From Vibrio alginolyticus NBRC 15630 = ATCC 17749 (GTDB lineage: Bacteria; Pseudomonadota; Gammaproteobacteria; Enterobacterales; Vibrionaceae), in the NCBI RefSeq assembly GCF_000354175.2, contig NC_022359.1, forward strand, positions 270,001 through 302,000: a DNA stretch of 32,000 nucleotides. Direction: 5' to 3'. Shown in pieces: positions 7,518 to 18,244 of the stretch. Positions within the stretch are counted from its first letter, which is position 1; the number at the start of each line of letters is the position of its first letter. The notes under the pieces are model-generated. The model searched no databases, was not told the DNA's origin, and saw only the letters and a program-made list of their open reading frames with translations. The position numbers and the translations under genes are program-made.

Positions 7518-9713
7518 TTATTTGTGCAGCTTGTAGAACACGGTTGAAAGTGGAGGCAAACGAAGCTCAAGTGATTGAGGCAGTGATTCACTTTCAACTT
7601 TTTCCGTTTTCACACTGGTCAGCACTTTAAAATCGCTGCCGCCGTATTTGCTGTCGTCTGTATTCAGTAGCAGTTCGTATTGACCTGCATTTGGAACGCC
7701 TAAACGAAAGCGCTCGTGTGGTACGGGCGTAAAGTTGGTGATGATCAGAATACGCTCACCTTCTTTACTAATACGCTCGTGCGCTAGGATGCTCGCATCC
7801 GCTTCGTCTTGTAGACGCCACTCAAAACCAGCAGGAACACAATCTTGATCGTGCATCGCCGCTTCATTTCGGTACAAGTGGTTCAAATCTCGCATCAGCT
7901 TTTGGACACCTTGATGACGCTCATATTCCAGCAAGAACCATTGCAACTGATCATCGTGGTTCCACTCCGCCGTTTGGCCGATTTCCGCGCCCATGAAGTT
8001 CAGCTTTTTGCCCGGTTGACCATACATGTAACCGTAGTATGCACGTAGGTTTGCGGTTTGCTGCCATTCATCACCCGGCATCTTGTTATGGATAGAGCCT
8101 TTGCCGTACACCACCTCATCGTGAGAGAGAGACAAGACGTAGTTCTCGCTGTGCGCATAAACCAGCGGGAATGTGATGGTATTGTGGTGGTATTTGCGGT
8201 GAACAGGATCTTCTTTGATGTATGAAAGACTGTCGTGCATCCACCCCATATTCCACTTGAAGCCAAAACCTAAACCACCCATAAAGGTTGGCGCAGACAC
8301 CCCAGGAAACGCCGTTGACTCTTCCGCAATCGTCATCGCATTCGGGAAGTGCTTGTACACTTCTTCGTTCATCCATTTTAAGGTTGCGATTGCGTCGTAG
8401 TTTTCATTGCCACCGTCGACGTTCGGTACCCACTGATCGTGGCTACGTGAGTAGTCGAGGTAAAGCATCGATGCGACTGCGTCCACGCGAATGCCATCAA
8501 TATGGAATTGTTCAAACCAGTACAGCGCATTCGATACAAGGAAGCGACGCACATGTTCACGGCCTAAATCATAGATGTATGAGTTCCAATCTTGGTGCCA
8601 ACCGCGACGCGGGTCCGGGTCGTGGAACAACGGTGTGCCGTCAAAGTTTGCTAAACCGTGGTCATCCGATGGGAAGTGCGCCGGAACCCAATCCAGCACC
8701 ACACCGATACCAGCTTGGTGACACGCATCCACGAAGAATTTGAAATCATCAGGAGAGCCGTAACGGCTGGTTGGCGCAAATAAGCCAACGGGTTGATAGC
8801 CCCATGAACCATAGAATGGATGCTCAGACACAGGCATCAGCTCAACGTGGGTGTAGCCCATATCCACAAGGTATGGCACCAACTGCTCCGCGAGTTCGCG
8901 GTAGTTGAGGAAATCACCTTTCTCGTCGCGTTTCCATGATCCAGCATGCAGCTCATAAAACGATAGCGCTTCATCACGCTTTTGTGTCACTGCGCGGTTT
9001 TGCCACTTCGCATCTTGCCATTGGTAACGCTTGTGATCGTAAGTAATGGATGCGAACGATGGGTATTGCTCAGAGTAGAAACCCCAAGGGTCTTGTTTGT
9101 GTGGCAGCCCTTCCCCATTTGGCCCTTTGAGCTCAAATTTGTACTGAACGCCTTCTTCTAAACCAGGAATGAACAAACCCCAAATGCCATAATCTAAACG
9201 TTGCATTGGGTGACGACGACCATCCCATTGGTTAAAGCAACCCACAAGGCTAACAGCCGATGCATGTGGAGCGTAGACAAGGAAACGAACACCGGAAATG
9301 TTTTCACCGCCACGTTCTAGCGTGACAAAGTGCGCGCCCATGTAGTGATACATGTCTTTTGGCGTATGCAGATGCTCGTACTCTTGGTAGATATTGTGGT
9401 ACTGGTACGGGTCATCAATAATTTGTTCAACACCATTCCAATCGACCGCTAAACGGTAGTGGGTCAGGTGTAAGTCGCGTTGCTCTTTTAAGATAAAACC
9501 GCTGTCGCCATCGCGTTCAAGCGCCACGCGAGGTTCACCATTAACAAGCAGTTCAACCTTGTTTGCGCCTGGCATCCACACTCGCAGCGAACCTTCGCCG
9601 TCATCAATGAATGGGCCCAACGCCGCAAATGGATCTGAGTAAGCCGCCTCAGCAAGCAGTTCGTACGCGCGTTCGTGTTTTTTCTTTATTTTCTTTGTTT
9701 TGGTGATTTTCAA
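7518..9713 (-). CDS. glgB: 1,4-alpha-glucan branching enzyme GlgB (GH13, CBM48)
   Basis: Track ORF is 7518..9785 with a GTG start. Motifs [28 protein letters not shown] and LSHDEVV are present. I place the start at TTG 9713 because GGGAGAAAGAT precedes it (GGAG 6 nt upstream), giving [20 protein letters not shown]. The 9785 start has no SD. The start remains uncertain; the stop is secure. Confidence 0.9.
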   Translation of the reverse strand: MKITKTKKIKKKHERAYELLAEAAYSDPFAALGPFIDDGEGSLRVWMPGANKVELLVNGEPRVALERDGDSGFILKEQRDLHLTHYRLAVDWNGVEQIIDDPYQYHNIYQEYEHLHTPKDMYHYMGAHFVTLERGGENISGVRFLVYAPHASAVSLVGCFNQWDGRRHPMQRLDYGIWGLFIPGLEEGVQYKFELKGPNGEGLPHKQDPWGFYSEQYPSFASITYDHKRYQWQDAKWQNRAVTQKRDEALSFYELHAGSWKRDEKGDFLNYRELAEQLVPYLVDMGYTHVELMPVSEHPFYGSWGYQPVGLFAPTSRYGSPDDFKFFVDACHQAGIGVVLDWVPAHFPSDDHGLANFDGTPLFHDPDPRRGWHQDWNSYIYDLGREHVRRFLVSNALYWFEQFHIDGIRVDAVASMLYLDYSRSHDQWVPNVDGGNENYDAIATLKWMNEEVYKHFPNAMTIAEESTAFPGVSAPTFMGGLGFGFKWNMGWMHDSLSYIKEDPVHRKYHHNTITFPLVYAHSENYVLSLSHDEVVYGKGSIHNKMPGDEWQQTANLRAYYGYMYGQPGKKLNFMGAEIGQTAEWNHDDQLQWFLLEYERHQGVQKLMRDLNHLYRNEAAMHDQDCVPAGFEWRLQDEADASILAHERISKEGERILIITNFTPVPHERFRLGVPNAGQYELLLNTDDSKYGGSDFKVLTSVKTEKVESESLPQSLELRLPPLSTVFYKLHK

Positions 9714-9825
9714 ATCTTTCTCCCTAGAGCCAATATTCGTTTGAACCGAATGTTGGTTTCTCCACAGCCAACGTTGTGAACTCACAAAAGACTCCGCTTC
9801 TCACGTTCGTCGCGTAAACGGCGTC

Positions 9826-9859
9826 AAAATACAAAAATGCCCGCTATTGTCGCGGGCAT
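9826..9859 (-). terminator. Rho-independent terminator of malQ
   Basis: Minus strand reads ATGCCCGC-gacaata-GCGGGCAT followed by TTTTGTATTTT. It lies about 120 nt after the malQ stop. Confidence 0.8.
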
Positions 9860-9980
9860 AATAACGGTACTTCATCCTAACGGATTGTGTGGGTTGAATG
9901 AGTGACCTAGACGGAACTTTCGTACCTCTGAGCTAACAAAATTAGTAATCCGCTCATTCTTCTACGTCACTCTACGCATC

Positions 9981-12161
9981 TTATTTGCTCGCCTGTGCGC
10001 GAACTTCTGTAAGGCGTTTAGAAATGCGATTCACGTCTTCACGACTGAAGATTTCATCTAGGTTCATCGACAGCTTACGACGCCAGTTTGGATACTCATC
10101 AACCGTGCCAGGAATGTTGACCGGTTGATCCATTTCTAGCCAGTCTTCAAGCTGAACGCTAAGCAGTGCAGAATCACCCGCCGCAACGTGCAATTGAAGC
10201 GCTTCGCTTAGGTATGAATCCATTGGTACGAACTGCGCATCATGGCCAATACCTTCTGGCAAGTAACCGTGCCAACGAACACTGTCTAGGATACCTTGTT
10301 TGCACTTCAAGCGGTCAGCGAATAAGCCTTCCAACTGTTTTTCATCTGGGTACAGACCAATCTCACGACCCATTTTCAAGTCATCGCAGTGCCAGAAACC
10401 GCGTAGGGTTGGCATGTCGTGTGTACACAATGCCGCCATAGACTGCTCTGCGTAATGCTTCGGAGAAATAAAGCCGCCGTCCTCTTTTGAGGTTTCGAAG
10501 AAGAAGACTTTGTACGAATGCACGCCCGCATCACGTAGGATATCAACGATTTCATCTGGTACAGTACCTAAGTCTTCACCAATCACAGAGCACTGATGAC
10601 GGTGCGACTCAAGCGCTAGGATTGCGAGCATGTCTTCCACTGGGTAGTACAAGTACGCGCCTTCTGTCGCTTTCTCGCCTTTTGGAATCCACCATAGACG
10701 CAATAGGCCAAGTACGTGGTCGATACGCAGTGCGCCACAATGCTTCATGTTGGCACGTAGCAACTTGATATACGCATCGTAGCCTGTCGCTTCCAACACT
10801 TGAGGGTTAAGCGGTGGCAGACCCCAGTTTTGACCTAGAGGGCCAAGAATATCTGGTGGCGCACCGATGCTTGCATCCAGCACTAGGTTGCCTTCATCCG
10901 CCCATGTTTCACTGCCAGAATCTGCAACACCTACAGCAAGGTCGCGGTACAGACCAACCGCCATGCCTTTTTCTTCTGCTAGAGCTTGCGCTTCTTTGAT
11001 TTGATCGTCTGCGATCCATTGTAGGTACATGTACAAGTGAACGCGATCTTGGTTGTCCTTGATGTACTTCTGAGTACCAGCTGCGTCGAATGTGCGGTAT
11101 TTCTCAGGGAATACTGGCCAGCCCCACATGTTTGCATCTTCTGCATGTAAATCAGCATGAAGTGCATCGAATGCAGCTTGGTGTAGCAAGCTGTCGCCGC
11201 CTTTTTCAACAAAGTCCAAGAAGGCACGAGCGCGATCGGTGTTCTTGTCTAAATGGCGAGCTTTAAACTCACTGAATAGCAGCGGAAGAACACTCATTTT
11301 TAGTTGCGAAACTTCGGTGTAATTCACCCAATGAGAGTCTCGCGCTTTTTGTAGACGTTGTTGGAACTCTGCGCTACCAACACGTTGTTGTGCTTCTGCA
11401 CTTAGCGCGAACTCAGGTACAGAGCTTACATCGATGTACATGATGTTCAACCAACGACGAGAAGACGGGCTGTATGGGCTTGCCCCTTCTGGATTCGCAG
11501 GGAACAGCGAGTGAATAGGGTTCAAGCCAATGAAGTCACCGCCACGAGAGGCAATATCACTCACCAGTTGTTTTAGGTCGCCAAAATCACCGATGCCCCA
11601 GTTATGCTGAGTACGCAGTGTGTAAAGCTGGATACTAGGACCCCATAGCTTTTTGTGTTGGTTTAGATCGTCTTGTTTGAAACACGCTTTCGGCGTAATG
11701 ATCAATGACATCTCGTAAGGTGTTTTACGACGCTTACGACTGATGATCAGTTTGTGATAACCCCAAGCCAAGTTCTTTGGCAATGCAAACACTAGAGGGC
11801 CACCCTCAGCACGCTCATCACGAACAATTTGGGACTGAAGATAGCCTTCAAGTACCTCTCCTTGTTCTGTTTCTAAACGCCAGCTGAATTCACTCTCACG
11901 AGCACTCGTACCTAGGTTTAGTTCCACTTCGACTGGTTCGCCGTCGCGTAAAACAAGAACAGGGGCTAGTACGTCTTTTTTATGTTTCTTTTCAGCAGAA
12001 GCCAGTAGTTTTTCATCACTGCTAGTATCGTAGCCAAGCGAAGCGAGCAAGCGGCGTAGCGTCTCCTCAGACACTTTCGCCTCATCTCCCCAAGCACTGA
12101 CATAGCTATCAGCCAATCTCGCCATTTCCGCGACTTTCTTTAATGCTGTTTGTTCTTTCAT
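9981..12161 (-). CDS. malQ: 4-alpha-glucanotransferase (amylomaltase, GH77)
   Basis: Track ORF is 9981..12188. I prefer the ATG at 12161 (MKEQTALKKVAEM...) with GGAG 7 nt upstream. GH77 motifs LRIDHVLGL, IGEDLGTVP and THDMPTL are present. It lies immediately downstream of malP. Confidence 0.92.
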   Translation of the reverse strand: MKEQTALKKVAEMARLADSYVSAWGDEAKVSEETLRRLLASLGYDTSSDEKLLASAEKKHKKDVLAPVLVLRDGEPVEVELNLGTSARESEFSWRLETEQGEVLEGYLQSQIVRDERAEGGPLVFALPKNLAWGYHKLIISRKRRKTPYEMSLIITPKACFKQDDLNQHKKLWGPSIQLYTLRTQHNWGIGDFGDLKQLVSDIASRGGDFIGLNPIHSLFPANPEGASPYSPSSRRWLNIMYIDVSSVPEFALSAEAQQRVGSAEFQQRLQKARDSHWVNYTEVSQLKMSVLPLLFSEFKARHLDKNTDRARAFLDFVEKGGDSLLHQAAFDALHADLHAEDANMWGWPVFPEKYRTFDAAGTQKYIKDNQDRVHLYMYLQWIADDQIKEAQALAEEKGMAVGLYRDLAVGVADSGSETWADEGNLVLDASIGAPPDILGPLGQNWGLPPLNPQVLEATGYDAYIKLLRANMKHCGALRIDHVLGLLRLWWIPKGEKATEGAYLYYPVEDMLAILALESHRHQCSVIGEDLGTVPDEIVDILRDAGVHSYKVFFFETSKEDGGFISPKHYAEQSMAALCTHDMPTLRGFWHCDDLKMGREIGLYPDEKQLEGLFADRLKCKQGILDSVRWHGYLPEGIGHDAQFVPMDSYLSEALQLHVAAGDSALLSVQLEDWLEMDQPVNIPGTVDEYPNWRRKLSMNLDEIFSREDVNRISKRLTEVRAQASK

Positions 12162-12234
12162 CGCTTTCTCCGAAGGTAATACCAACACCTTCCATGTAGG
12201 GTTTTATTGTTATCAATAACTTCTTTTGGAAAAT

Positions 12235-12264
12235 GACCAAAGGTAGCGCTTGGCTACCTTGGTC
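12235..12264 (-). other. Strong intercistronic hairpin between malP and malQ
   Basis: GACCAA(A)GGTAGC-gcttg-GCTACCTTGGTC forms a 12-bp stem with one bulge. On the minus strand only a weak ATTTTCC follows. It is more likely an mRNA-stabilising or attenuating element than a full terminator. Confidence 0.5.
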
Positions 12265-12278
12265 TTAACTAGGTTCTA

Positions 12279-14732
12279 TTAGCGTTTCACCGCTTCAAGT
12301 TTCCAGATATTGTTCACGTAGTCGCGGATTGAGCGGTCTGACGTGAACTTGCCAACAAGGGCGGTATTAAGAATGGCCTTCTTCGCCCAGCCAGCTTGAT
12401 CTTTATATTGTTCGCTCATGTCTTCGTGCGCTTTCACGTAAGATGCAAAGTCCGCAAGACATAAGTACGGGTCACCGCCGTCTAGTAGGCTGTCATACGT
12501 TGCACGCAGTAAGCCTGGTTGACCTGGTGTGAACTCTTCACCCAATAGCAAGTCCATTGACGCTTTGAGTAGGTGATCCGCATTGTAGTAATCAAATGGG
12601 TTGTAACCTTGAGCTTTCAGCGCTTTCACACCTTCAACATCTAGACCGAAGATGTAGATGTTCTCATCGCCTACTTCCTCACGAATCTCAACGTTTGCAC
12701 CATCCATTGTACCGATAGTTAGCGCACCGTTTAGCGCCATCTTCATGTTACCTGTACCTGATGCTTCTTTACCCGCTAGCGAGATTTGTTGAGAAACGTC
12801 AGCCGCAGGGATAATGATTTCAGCCATGCTCACGCGGTAGTCAGGGATGAATACCACTTTCAGCTTGTTACCGATGCGAGGATCGTTGTTCACCTTGTCT
12901 GCAATCTTGTTGATTGCGAAGATGATTTCTTTCGCTAGGTGGTAACCCGGTGCTGCTTTTGCTGCGAAGAACACAACGCGTGGCGTACACTCAAAACCTG
13001 GTTCATTAAGAATACGGTGGTACAGAGACAGTACGTGTAGCAAGTCTAGATGCTGACGTTTGTACTCGTGCAGACGCTTGATTTGGACATCGAAGATTGC
13101 ATTAGTATCGAGCTCGATACCCATGTTCTCTTTCACCCAAGTTGCTAGGCGTTCTTTGTTCTCTTTCTTCACTGCCATGAATTCTTTTTGGAATGTCGCG
13201 TCAGTAGAGTACTTCGCAATACCTTCAAGTTGCTCTAGTTTCGCTGGCCATTCTGGGCCGACTTTCTCAGTGATAAGCTGAGACAGACCTGGGTTACAGA
13301 ACTTCAACCAGCGACGTGGCGTAATACCGTTCGTTACGTTGTGTAGACGTGTCGGGTACATTTCGTGGAACTCTGGGAATAGGTCTTTCTTAACCAATTC
13401 AGAATGAAGTGCTGCTACACCGTTTACTGCGTAAGAGCCGATTACACATAGGTTTGCCATGCGAACCATGCGGTGGAAACCTTCTTCGATGATAGAAAGC
13501 TTCTGTTGCTTCGCGACATCACCCGGCCACATTGCACGTACGTCTTGTAGGAAGCGGTGGTTGATCTCGTAAATGATCTCCATATGACGTGGTAGCAGGT
13601 GCTGGATTAGCGACTCTGGCCATGTCTCTAGTGCTTCTGGAAGTAGCGTGTGGTTGGTGTACGCAAATGTCTTAGAGCTGATTTCCCAAGCCGCTTCCCA
13701 AGCTAAACCTTTTTCATCCATCAGGATGCGCATTAGTTCAGGAATCGCAATCGTTGGGTGCGTATCGTTAAGCTGGATAGTCTCTTGCTTAGGTAGATCC
13801 GCTAGCGAGTAGCCCGCAGCTTCGTGGCGACGTAGGATGTCACGTACAGACGCTGCTGAGTGGAAGTACTGCTGCATTAGACGCAGTGTTTTACCTTTCT
13901 CGTGGTTGTCGTTCGGGTAAAGCACTTTAGTGATGTTACCTGCGTCGATCAGTGCGTGCTGAGCTTCGAAGTAATCACCATTGTTAAAGCTTGCTAGTGA
14001 GAATGGTGCAATCGCCTGACATTCCCAAAGACGTAGCGGGTAAACCGTGTCTGATTCGTAACCCACAATTGGAAGATCCCAAGGCATTGCTCTTACTGTC
14101 ATGCCTGGTACCCATTTGCGAACTTCTTTACCGTTCTCGTTAATCACTTCAACGTGACCGTAGAAACCGATCTCTTGCGCAAGTTCTGGACGCGCAATTT
14201 CCCAAGGGTAGCCTTCTACACCGCGCCAAGCGTCAGGTGCTTCTTGCTGGCGACCATCTTTGAATGACTGTTTAAATAGACCGTATTCGTAATGTAAACC
14301 ATAGCCGACAGTTGGGAATTCTTGTGCCGCACATGAATCCATGAAACACGCAGCCAGACGACCAAGGCCACCATTACCCAATGATGGGTCGCGCTCTTCT
14401 TCTAGCAGATCAGTTAGGTTGTAACCCAGTTCAGCCATTGCTTCTGTTACTTGTTCATACAGACCCATGCTGATTAGGTTGTTACCAGTCAAACGACCGA
14501 TAAGGAATTCTAGCGAAAGGTAGTTAACGCTCTTCGCACTTTTAATGCGTGGATCTTCTTCTGTCGCAAGCAAATCTAGAGTAGTAAATTCAGCCAGAGC
14601 ATGCCCCATTGCTAGGTACCATGCGCGGCTGTCTGCGTTTTCAATCGTATGAGCGTAAGTTACAGATAGGTGTTTCTTTACGCTTTCTTGGAACGACTTC
14701 TTGTCAAATTGTTTTTGTTGAGTAGGTTTCAT
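12279..14732 (-). CDS. malP: Maltodextrin phosphorylase (GT35 alpha-glucan phosphorylase)
   Basis: 817 aa. Pyridoxal-phosphate lysine motif EASGTGNMKMALNGALTIGTMDGANVE. Synteny is malP-malQ divergent from malT, as in E. coli. Confidence 0.93.
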   Translation of the reverse strand: MKPTQQKQFDKKSFQESVKKHLSVTYAHTIENADSRAWYLAMGHALAEFTTLDLLATEEDPRIKSAKSVNYLSLEFLIGRLTGNNLISMGLYEQVTEAMAELGYNLTDLLEEERDPSLGNGGLGRLAACFMDSCAAQEFPTVGYGLHYEYGLFKQSFKDGRQQEAPDAWRGVEGYPWEIARPELAQEIGFYGHVEVINENGKEVRKWVPGMTVRAMPWDLPIVGYESDTVYPLRLWECQAIAPFSLASFNNGDYFEAQHALIDAGNITKVLYPNDNHEKGKTLRLMQQYFHSAASVRDILRRHEAAGYSLADLPKQETIQLNDTHPTIAIPELMRILMDEKGLAWEAAWEISSKTFAYTNHTLLPEALETWPESLIQHLLPRHMEIIYEINHRFLQDVRAMWPGDVAKQQKLSIIEEGFHRMVRMANLCVIGSYAVNGVAALHSELVKKDLFPEFHEMYPTRLHNVTNGITPRRWLKFCNPGLSQLITEKVGPEWPAKLEQLEGIAKYSTDATFQKEFMAVKKENKERLATWVKENMGIELDTNAIFDVQIKRLHEYKRQHLDLLHVLSLYHRILNEPGFECTPRVVFFAAKAAPGYHLAKEIIFAINKIADKVNNDPRIGNKLKVVFIPDYRVSMAEIIIPAADVSQQISLAGKEASGTGNMKMALNGALTIGTMDGANVEIREEVGDENIYIFGLDVEGVKALKAQGYNPFDYYNADHLLKASMDLLLGEEFTPGQPGLLRATYDSLLDGGDPYLCLADFASYVKAHEDMSEQYKDQAGWAKKAILNTALVGKFTSDRSIRDYVNNIWKLEAVKR

Positions 14733-14798
14733 TACGAAATTCTCACGTCTTTTGGTAATTCATCTGCCATACATCGTGCATTTACCTCTGTGAATAAA

Positions 14799-14840
14799 CA
14801 TCCTCCTAATTCTCATCCTTTGAAGGAGGAGGGCTGAGGG
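14799..14840 (-). promoter_or_regulatory. MalT-box cluster of the malPQ promoter
   Basis: In gene (minus) orientation there is AAGGATGAGA (14820-14811) and TAGGAGGATG (14808-14799). In the opposite orientation there is AAGGAGGAGG (14823-14832), followed by GGGCTGAGGG (14831-14840). The cores match the E. coli MalT box GGGGA(T/G)GAGG. The cluster lies 70-110 bp upstream of the malP ATG. Confidence 0.7.
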
Positions 14841-14908
14841 CGTAGAGGGGGTACCATTGCTAGGTTAGTGATCCAAATCTCAACAAAGTGAACTTTGCAC
14901 CAGTTCTT

Positions 14909-14924
14909 AGTGATTTTGATCACA
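14909..14924. promoter_or_regulatory. CRP-like site AGTGA-TTTTGA-TCACA
   Basis: Matches 9/10 of the TGTGA-N6-TCACA core, inside the 734-bp malP-malT intergenic region. The target promoter cannot be assigned from sequence. Confidence 0.4.
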
Positions 14925-15466
14925 ATGGAATGTGAGAAAGGTTAAAACCCGTTCATGACGCTTTTTATAGTCCACTCATCTGATGATGTGAAAATTGTAA
15001 TATCGGTCACATTAACTCGGTCAGCGTAGAAGAACTTTTCGTAATCTATGTGCAACGCGATCTTAACGCTAACGAAACAAACGATATTTAAGTGACGACA
15101 ATCACAAATAAAGGGCGTAGTTGATGGTAAATCCATCAACCCTTGAGAATTAGGAAGTGGATCAAAGTAACGAACATTTCTGATGTCGTAACATCCCACT
15201 CAGCTCACAGGATTGTACGCTTTTTATACAAACTAGAATTAGGCGATGTGAGTTATTTCTAGTTTTCGCTAGCTTTTATATCTAAGTGACCGTATGGAAT
15301 GGTTTTTCAGACGGACGCAAGCCCCAACAGTAGCGACATTATCCGGCATTCAAACAGTGTTTTTGATGCTGATGACATCATTCAGTAAGACGGCTTTCAA
15401 GGGGGCTTTACTAGAATGATCACGTTGCAGTCATTTGGGTATACATAAATAAGGACATAACTACTA

Positions 15467-18175
15467 ATGTGGATTCCATCTAAGCTTACTCGACCAGGAC
15501 GCCTGCACAATGCCATCGTGCGCCCACGAGTGTTGGACTTACTACAGCAAGCGCCTTACTACAAATTGGTTTTATTCCGATCCCCAGCAGGTTACGGAAA
15601 AACGACAATGGCAGCGCAGTGGCTATCCGATAAGCCAAACGTCGGTTGGTACAGCATTGATGACAGCGATAACGACGGCTTTCGCTTTGTAAACTATCTG
15701 CTTCAAGCATTAAACAAAGCCACCAACTTCAGTTGCGCTAACGCACAAAAACTGGCGGAAAAACGTCAGATCTCGTCTTTACGCTCCCTATTTAGCGAAG
15801 TGTTCGCTGAAATGGCTGACTTTCATCAAGAGTGCTACGTGGTGCTTGATGACTACCATTTAATCACGAATGATGAAATCCATGAATCCATGCGTTTCTT
15901 CTTAAAGCACATGCCAGACAACCTCACCGTTGTGGTAACCAGTCGTGCAGCGCCGCCTCTGGGCACTGCAAACTTACGTGTTCGTGATTTAATGATCGAA
16001 ATCGGCAACGAGATGTTGGCGTTTGATACCGAAGAAACCACTCGCTTCTTTAACCAGCGTATCGCCGATGGTATCGATGAAGACATGGCGAACAGCCTAA
16101 GAACCTATGTTGAAGGTTGGCCATCGGCGATGCAGTTGATCGCATTACAAGCCCAACATCAAAACCGCACATTGGCACAAACTGTAGAGTCGGTATCGCA
16201 GTTCAATCACGCGCACTTGTGGGATTACTTGGTCGAAGAAGTGTTTGACTTACTCGATCACGAAACTCGTCACTTTTTAATGCAAGTATCCGTGCTTGAC
16301 CACTTCAATGATGAGTTAGTGTTTGCCCTTACCCAACGCGAAGATGCACTGGGAATGATTGAATCGCTTAACCGTTACGGCTTATTCATTTACCCGCTCG
16401 AAGGGGAACAGAACTGGTTCCGGTTCCATAACTTATTTGGCGAGTTTTTATCTCATGAGCGCCAAGCTCGTATTCCTCAGCAAGAAAAAGATCTCCACCG
16501 CAATGCTGCTATCGCTTGGTTACAACAAAAAGCACCACACCAAGCGATTCATCATGCACAAAAATCGAATGATAAGGACTTAGTGGTAGAGATCCTAAAC
16601 GAATTCGGCTGGAAGATGTTTAACCAAGGCGAACTCAGCACACTGGAAAGCTCAATTAACAAGTTGGACGATGATCTGTTGTTCAGCCACCCAAAACTTA
16701 CGATGCTCCGAGCATGGTTGGCTCAAAGTCAGCATCGTTATAACCAAGTGGGCCACCTGCTTGAAGAAGCGGAAGAGGAACACAAAAAGCGTAACATTGC
16801 GTTAGATATTCATTATCAAGGTCAAGCAAACGCGTTGCTTGCTCAAGTGGCTATCAACAGTAACCAACCAGAAAAAGCTCTCGAATTAGCGGAGCTAGCG
16901 CTTAGCCAACTTGATAACACTATTTACCGTAGCCGAATTGTGGCGACTTCGGTTGTTGGTGAAGTTAACCACGTGCTAGGTAAACTAGACCGTGCTTTGC
17001 CGATGATGCAACAAACTGAAAAGCTAGCTCGTCAGTATCAGGTATATCACCAAGCGTTATGGGCAATATTGCAGCAAAGCGAGATTTTAATTGCACAAGG
17101 TTACGTGCAAGCTGCCTTTGAACTACAAGATTCCGCATTTCGTCTGATTGAAGATCAGCAGCTTCAGCATGTTCCTCTTCATGAATTTTTGCTGCGTATT
17201 CGCGCGCAAGTACTTTGGTGCTGGAACCGACTTGATGAAGCGGAAGAATGCGCGTACAAAGGTCTGCAAATTCTCGAAAACCATTCACCAAGCAAGCACT
17301 TACATAGCTATTCGATGTTGGCGCGTATTGCGATTGGACGCGGTGAATTAGACAAAGCCGGTAAATTCATTGAGCACATCCAACACTTGATGAAACAGTC
17401 GACTTACCACGTAGATTGGACTGCAAACGCTTCACTATCGTTGATTCTATTTTGGCAAGCGCGCGGGAATACCGATGCAATGCAAGAATGGCTCAACACT
17501 GCGGTTCGTCCTGAATCGGCATGCAACCACTTTTCTCAATTGCAATGGCGTAACATTGCTCGCGCCCACATTAACTTAGGCCAATATACCGACGCTCGTG
17601 CTGCGTTAGATTTTCTCCAAGGTGAAGCTCGTCGCACTAACCTAATCACAGATACTAATCGCAACTTAGTGGTTGAAGCGGTCCTTTCTGCTCGCCAAAA
17701 AGATGAGGAGCAAGCCAAGGCACTGTTAAAAGAAGCATTAGTAATGACGAACCAAACTGGCATGGTCGGAAACTTCCTGATTGATGGTGCAACCATTGGC
17801 GGTCTGCTGGAGAAGTTGAGCCTCCGCCATGAACTGGGCGATCTTGAGCGTCACCGTGCTCAACAGTTAATGAAGGACATTTCATCGAATCAACGTAGCC
17901 GGTCAATTCACTTTGATGAAGACTTTATTGAAAAGTTGGTGAATCACCCTAATGTGCCAGAGCTAGTACGTACCAGCCCATTAACACAACGCGAATGGCA
18001 GGTTCTGGGACTGATTTATTCAGGCTTTAGTAACGAGCAAATCGCACAAGAGCTGGATGTGGCAGGTACGACAATTAAAACCCACATTCGCAACCTGTAC
18101 CAAAAGCTTAATATTGCTAATCGTAAAGAAGCCATTGTGACAGCTGAAAATTTGCTGCAGTTGATGGGATACTGA
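15467..18175 (+). CDS. malT: Maltose regulon activator MalT (STAND ATPase with LuxR-type HTH)
   Basis: 902 aa. The N-terminus [21 protein letters not shown]...[16 protein letters not shown] parallels E. coli MalT (MLIPSKLSRP...SPAGYGKTT). C-terminal LuxR HTH is [43 protein letters not shown]. Confidence 0.97.
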   Translation: MWIPSKLTRPGRLHNAIVRPRVLDLLQQAPYYKLVLFRSPAGYGKTTMAAQWLSDKPNVGWYSIDDSDNDGFRFVNYLLQALNKATNFSCANAQKLAEKRQISSLRSLFSEVFAEMADFHQECYVVLDDYHLITNDEIHESMRFFLKHMPDNLTVVVTSRAAPPLGTANLRVRDLMIEIGNEMLAFDTEETTRFFNQRIADGIDEDMANSLRTYVEGWPSAMQLIALQAQHQNRTLAQTVESVSQFNHAHLWDYLVEEVFDLLDHETRHFLMQVSVLDHFNDELVFALTQREDALGMIESLNRYGLFIYPLEGEQNWFRFHNLFGEFLSHERQARIPQQEKDLHRNAAIAWLQQKAPHQAIHHAQKSNDKDLVVEILNEFGWKMFNQGELSTLESSINKLDDDLLFSHPKLTMLRAWLAQSQHRYNQVGHLLEEAEEEHKKRNIALDIHYQGQANALLAQVAINSNQPEKALELAELALSQLDNTIYRSRIVATSVVGEVNHVLGKLDRALPMMQQTEKLARQYQVYHQALWAILQQSEILIAQGYVQAAFELQDSAFRLIEDQQLQHVPLHEFLLRIRAQVLWCWNRLDEAEECAYKGLQILENHSPSKHLHSYSMLARIAIGRGELDKAGKFIEHIQHLMKQSTYHVDWTANASLSLILFWQARGNTDAMQEWLNTAVRPESACNHFSQLQWRNIARAHINLGQYTDARAALDFLQGEARRTNLITDTNRNLVVEAVLSARQKDEEQAKALLKEALVMTNQTGMVGNFLIDGATIGGLLEKLSLRHELGDLERHRAQQLMKDISSNQRSRSIHFDEDFIEKLVNHPNVPELVRTSPLTQREWQVLGLIYSGFSNEQIAQELDVAGTTIKTHIRNLYQKLNIANRKEAIVTAENLLQLMGY

Positions 18176-18215
18176 ACTGCTCGATAAACGGGTTAAAACG
18201 TAAAGTAAAACACAA

Positions 18216-18244
18216 GGGTTGGCGTAACACGTCAGCCCTTTTTT
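18216..18244 (+). terminator. Rho-independent terminator of malT
   Basis: GGGTTGGCG-taaca-CGTCAGCCC (9 bp, two G-U pairs) followed by TTTTTT. Confidence 0.7.

Noticed and set aside
8288-8743. Long antisense or alternative-frame ORFs inside glgB, malQ, sstT and pulA (e.g. 8288-8743, 10166-10441, 23699-24085, 29936-30265)
   Set aside because: All are embedded in genes with unambiguous family motifs. They show biased, low-complexity translations (R/S/H/C-rich) typical of out-of-frame reading.
12162-12188. Upstream alternative start for malQ (MLVLPSEKA...)
   Set aside because: The ATG at 12161 has GGAG at the proper distance. The extension has none.
14942-15199. 85-aa minus-strand ORF in the malP-malT intergenic region
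   Set aside because: It has a GTG start, no SD and no recognisable domain. It contains a strong hairpin and sits in a regulatory spacer, so it is probably spurious.
15251-15280. TTATTTCTAGTTTTCGCTAGCTTTTATA as an Mlc/NagC operator upstream of malT
   Set aside because: It only loosely resembles the AT-rich-arm Mlc/NagC pattern as I recall it. I cannot verify the consensus without a matrix scan, so it is left as a test rather than a call.
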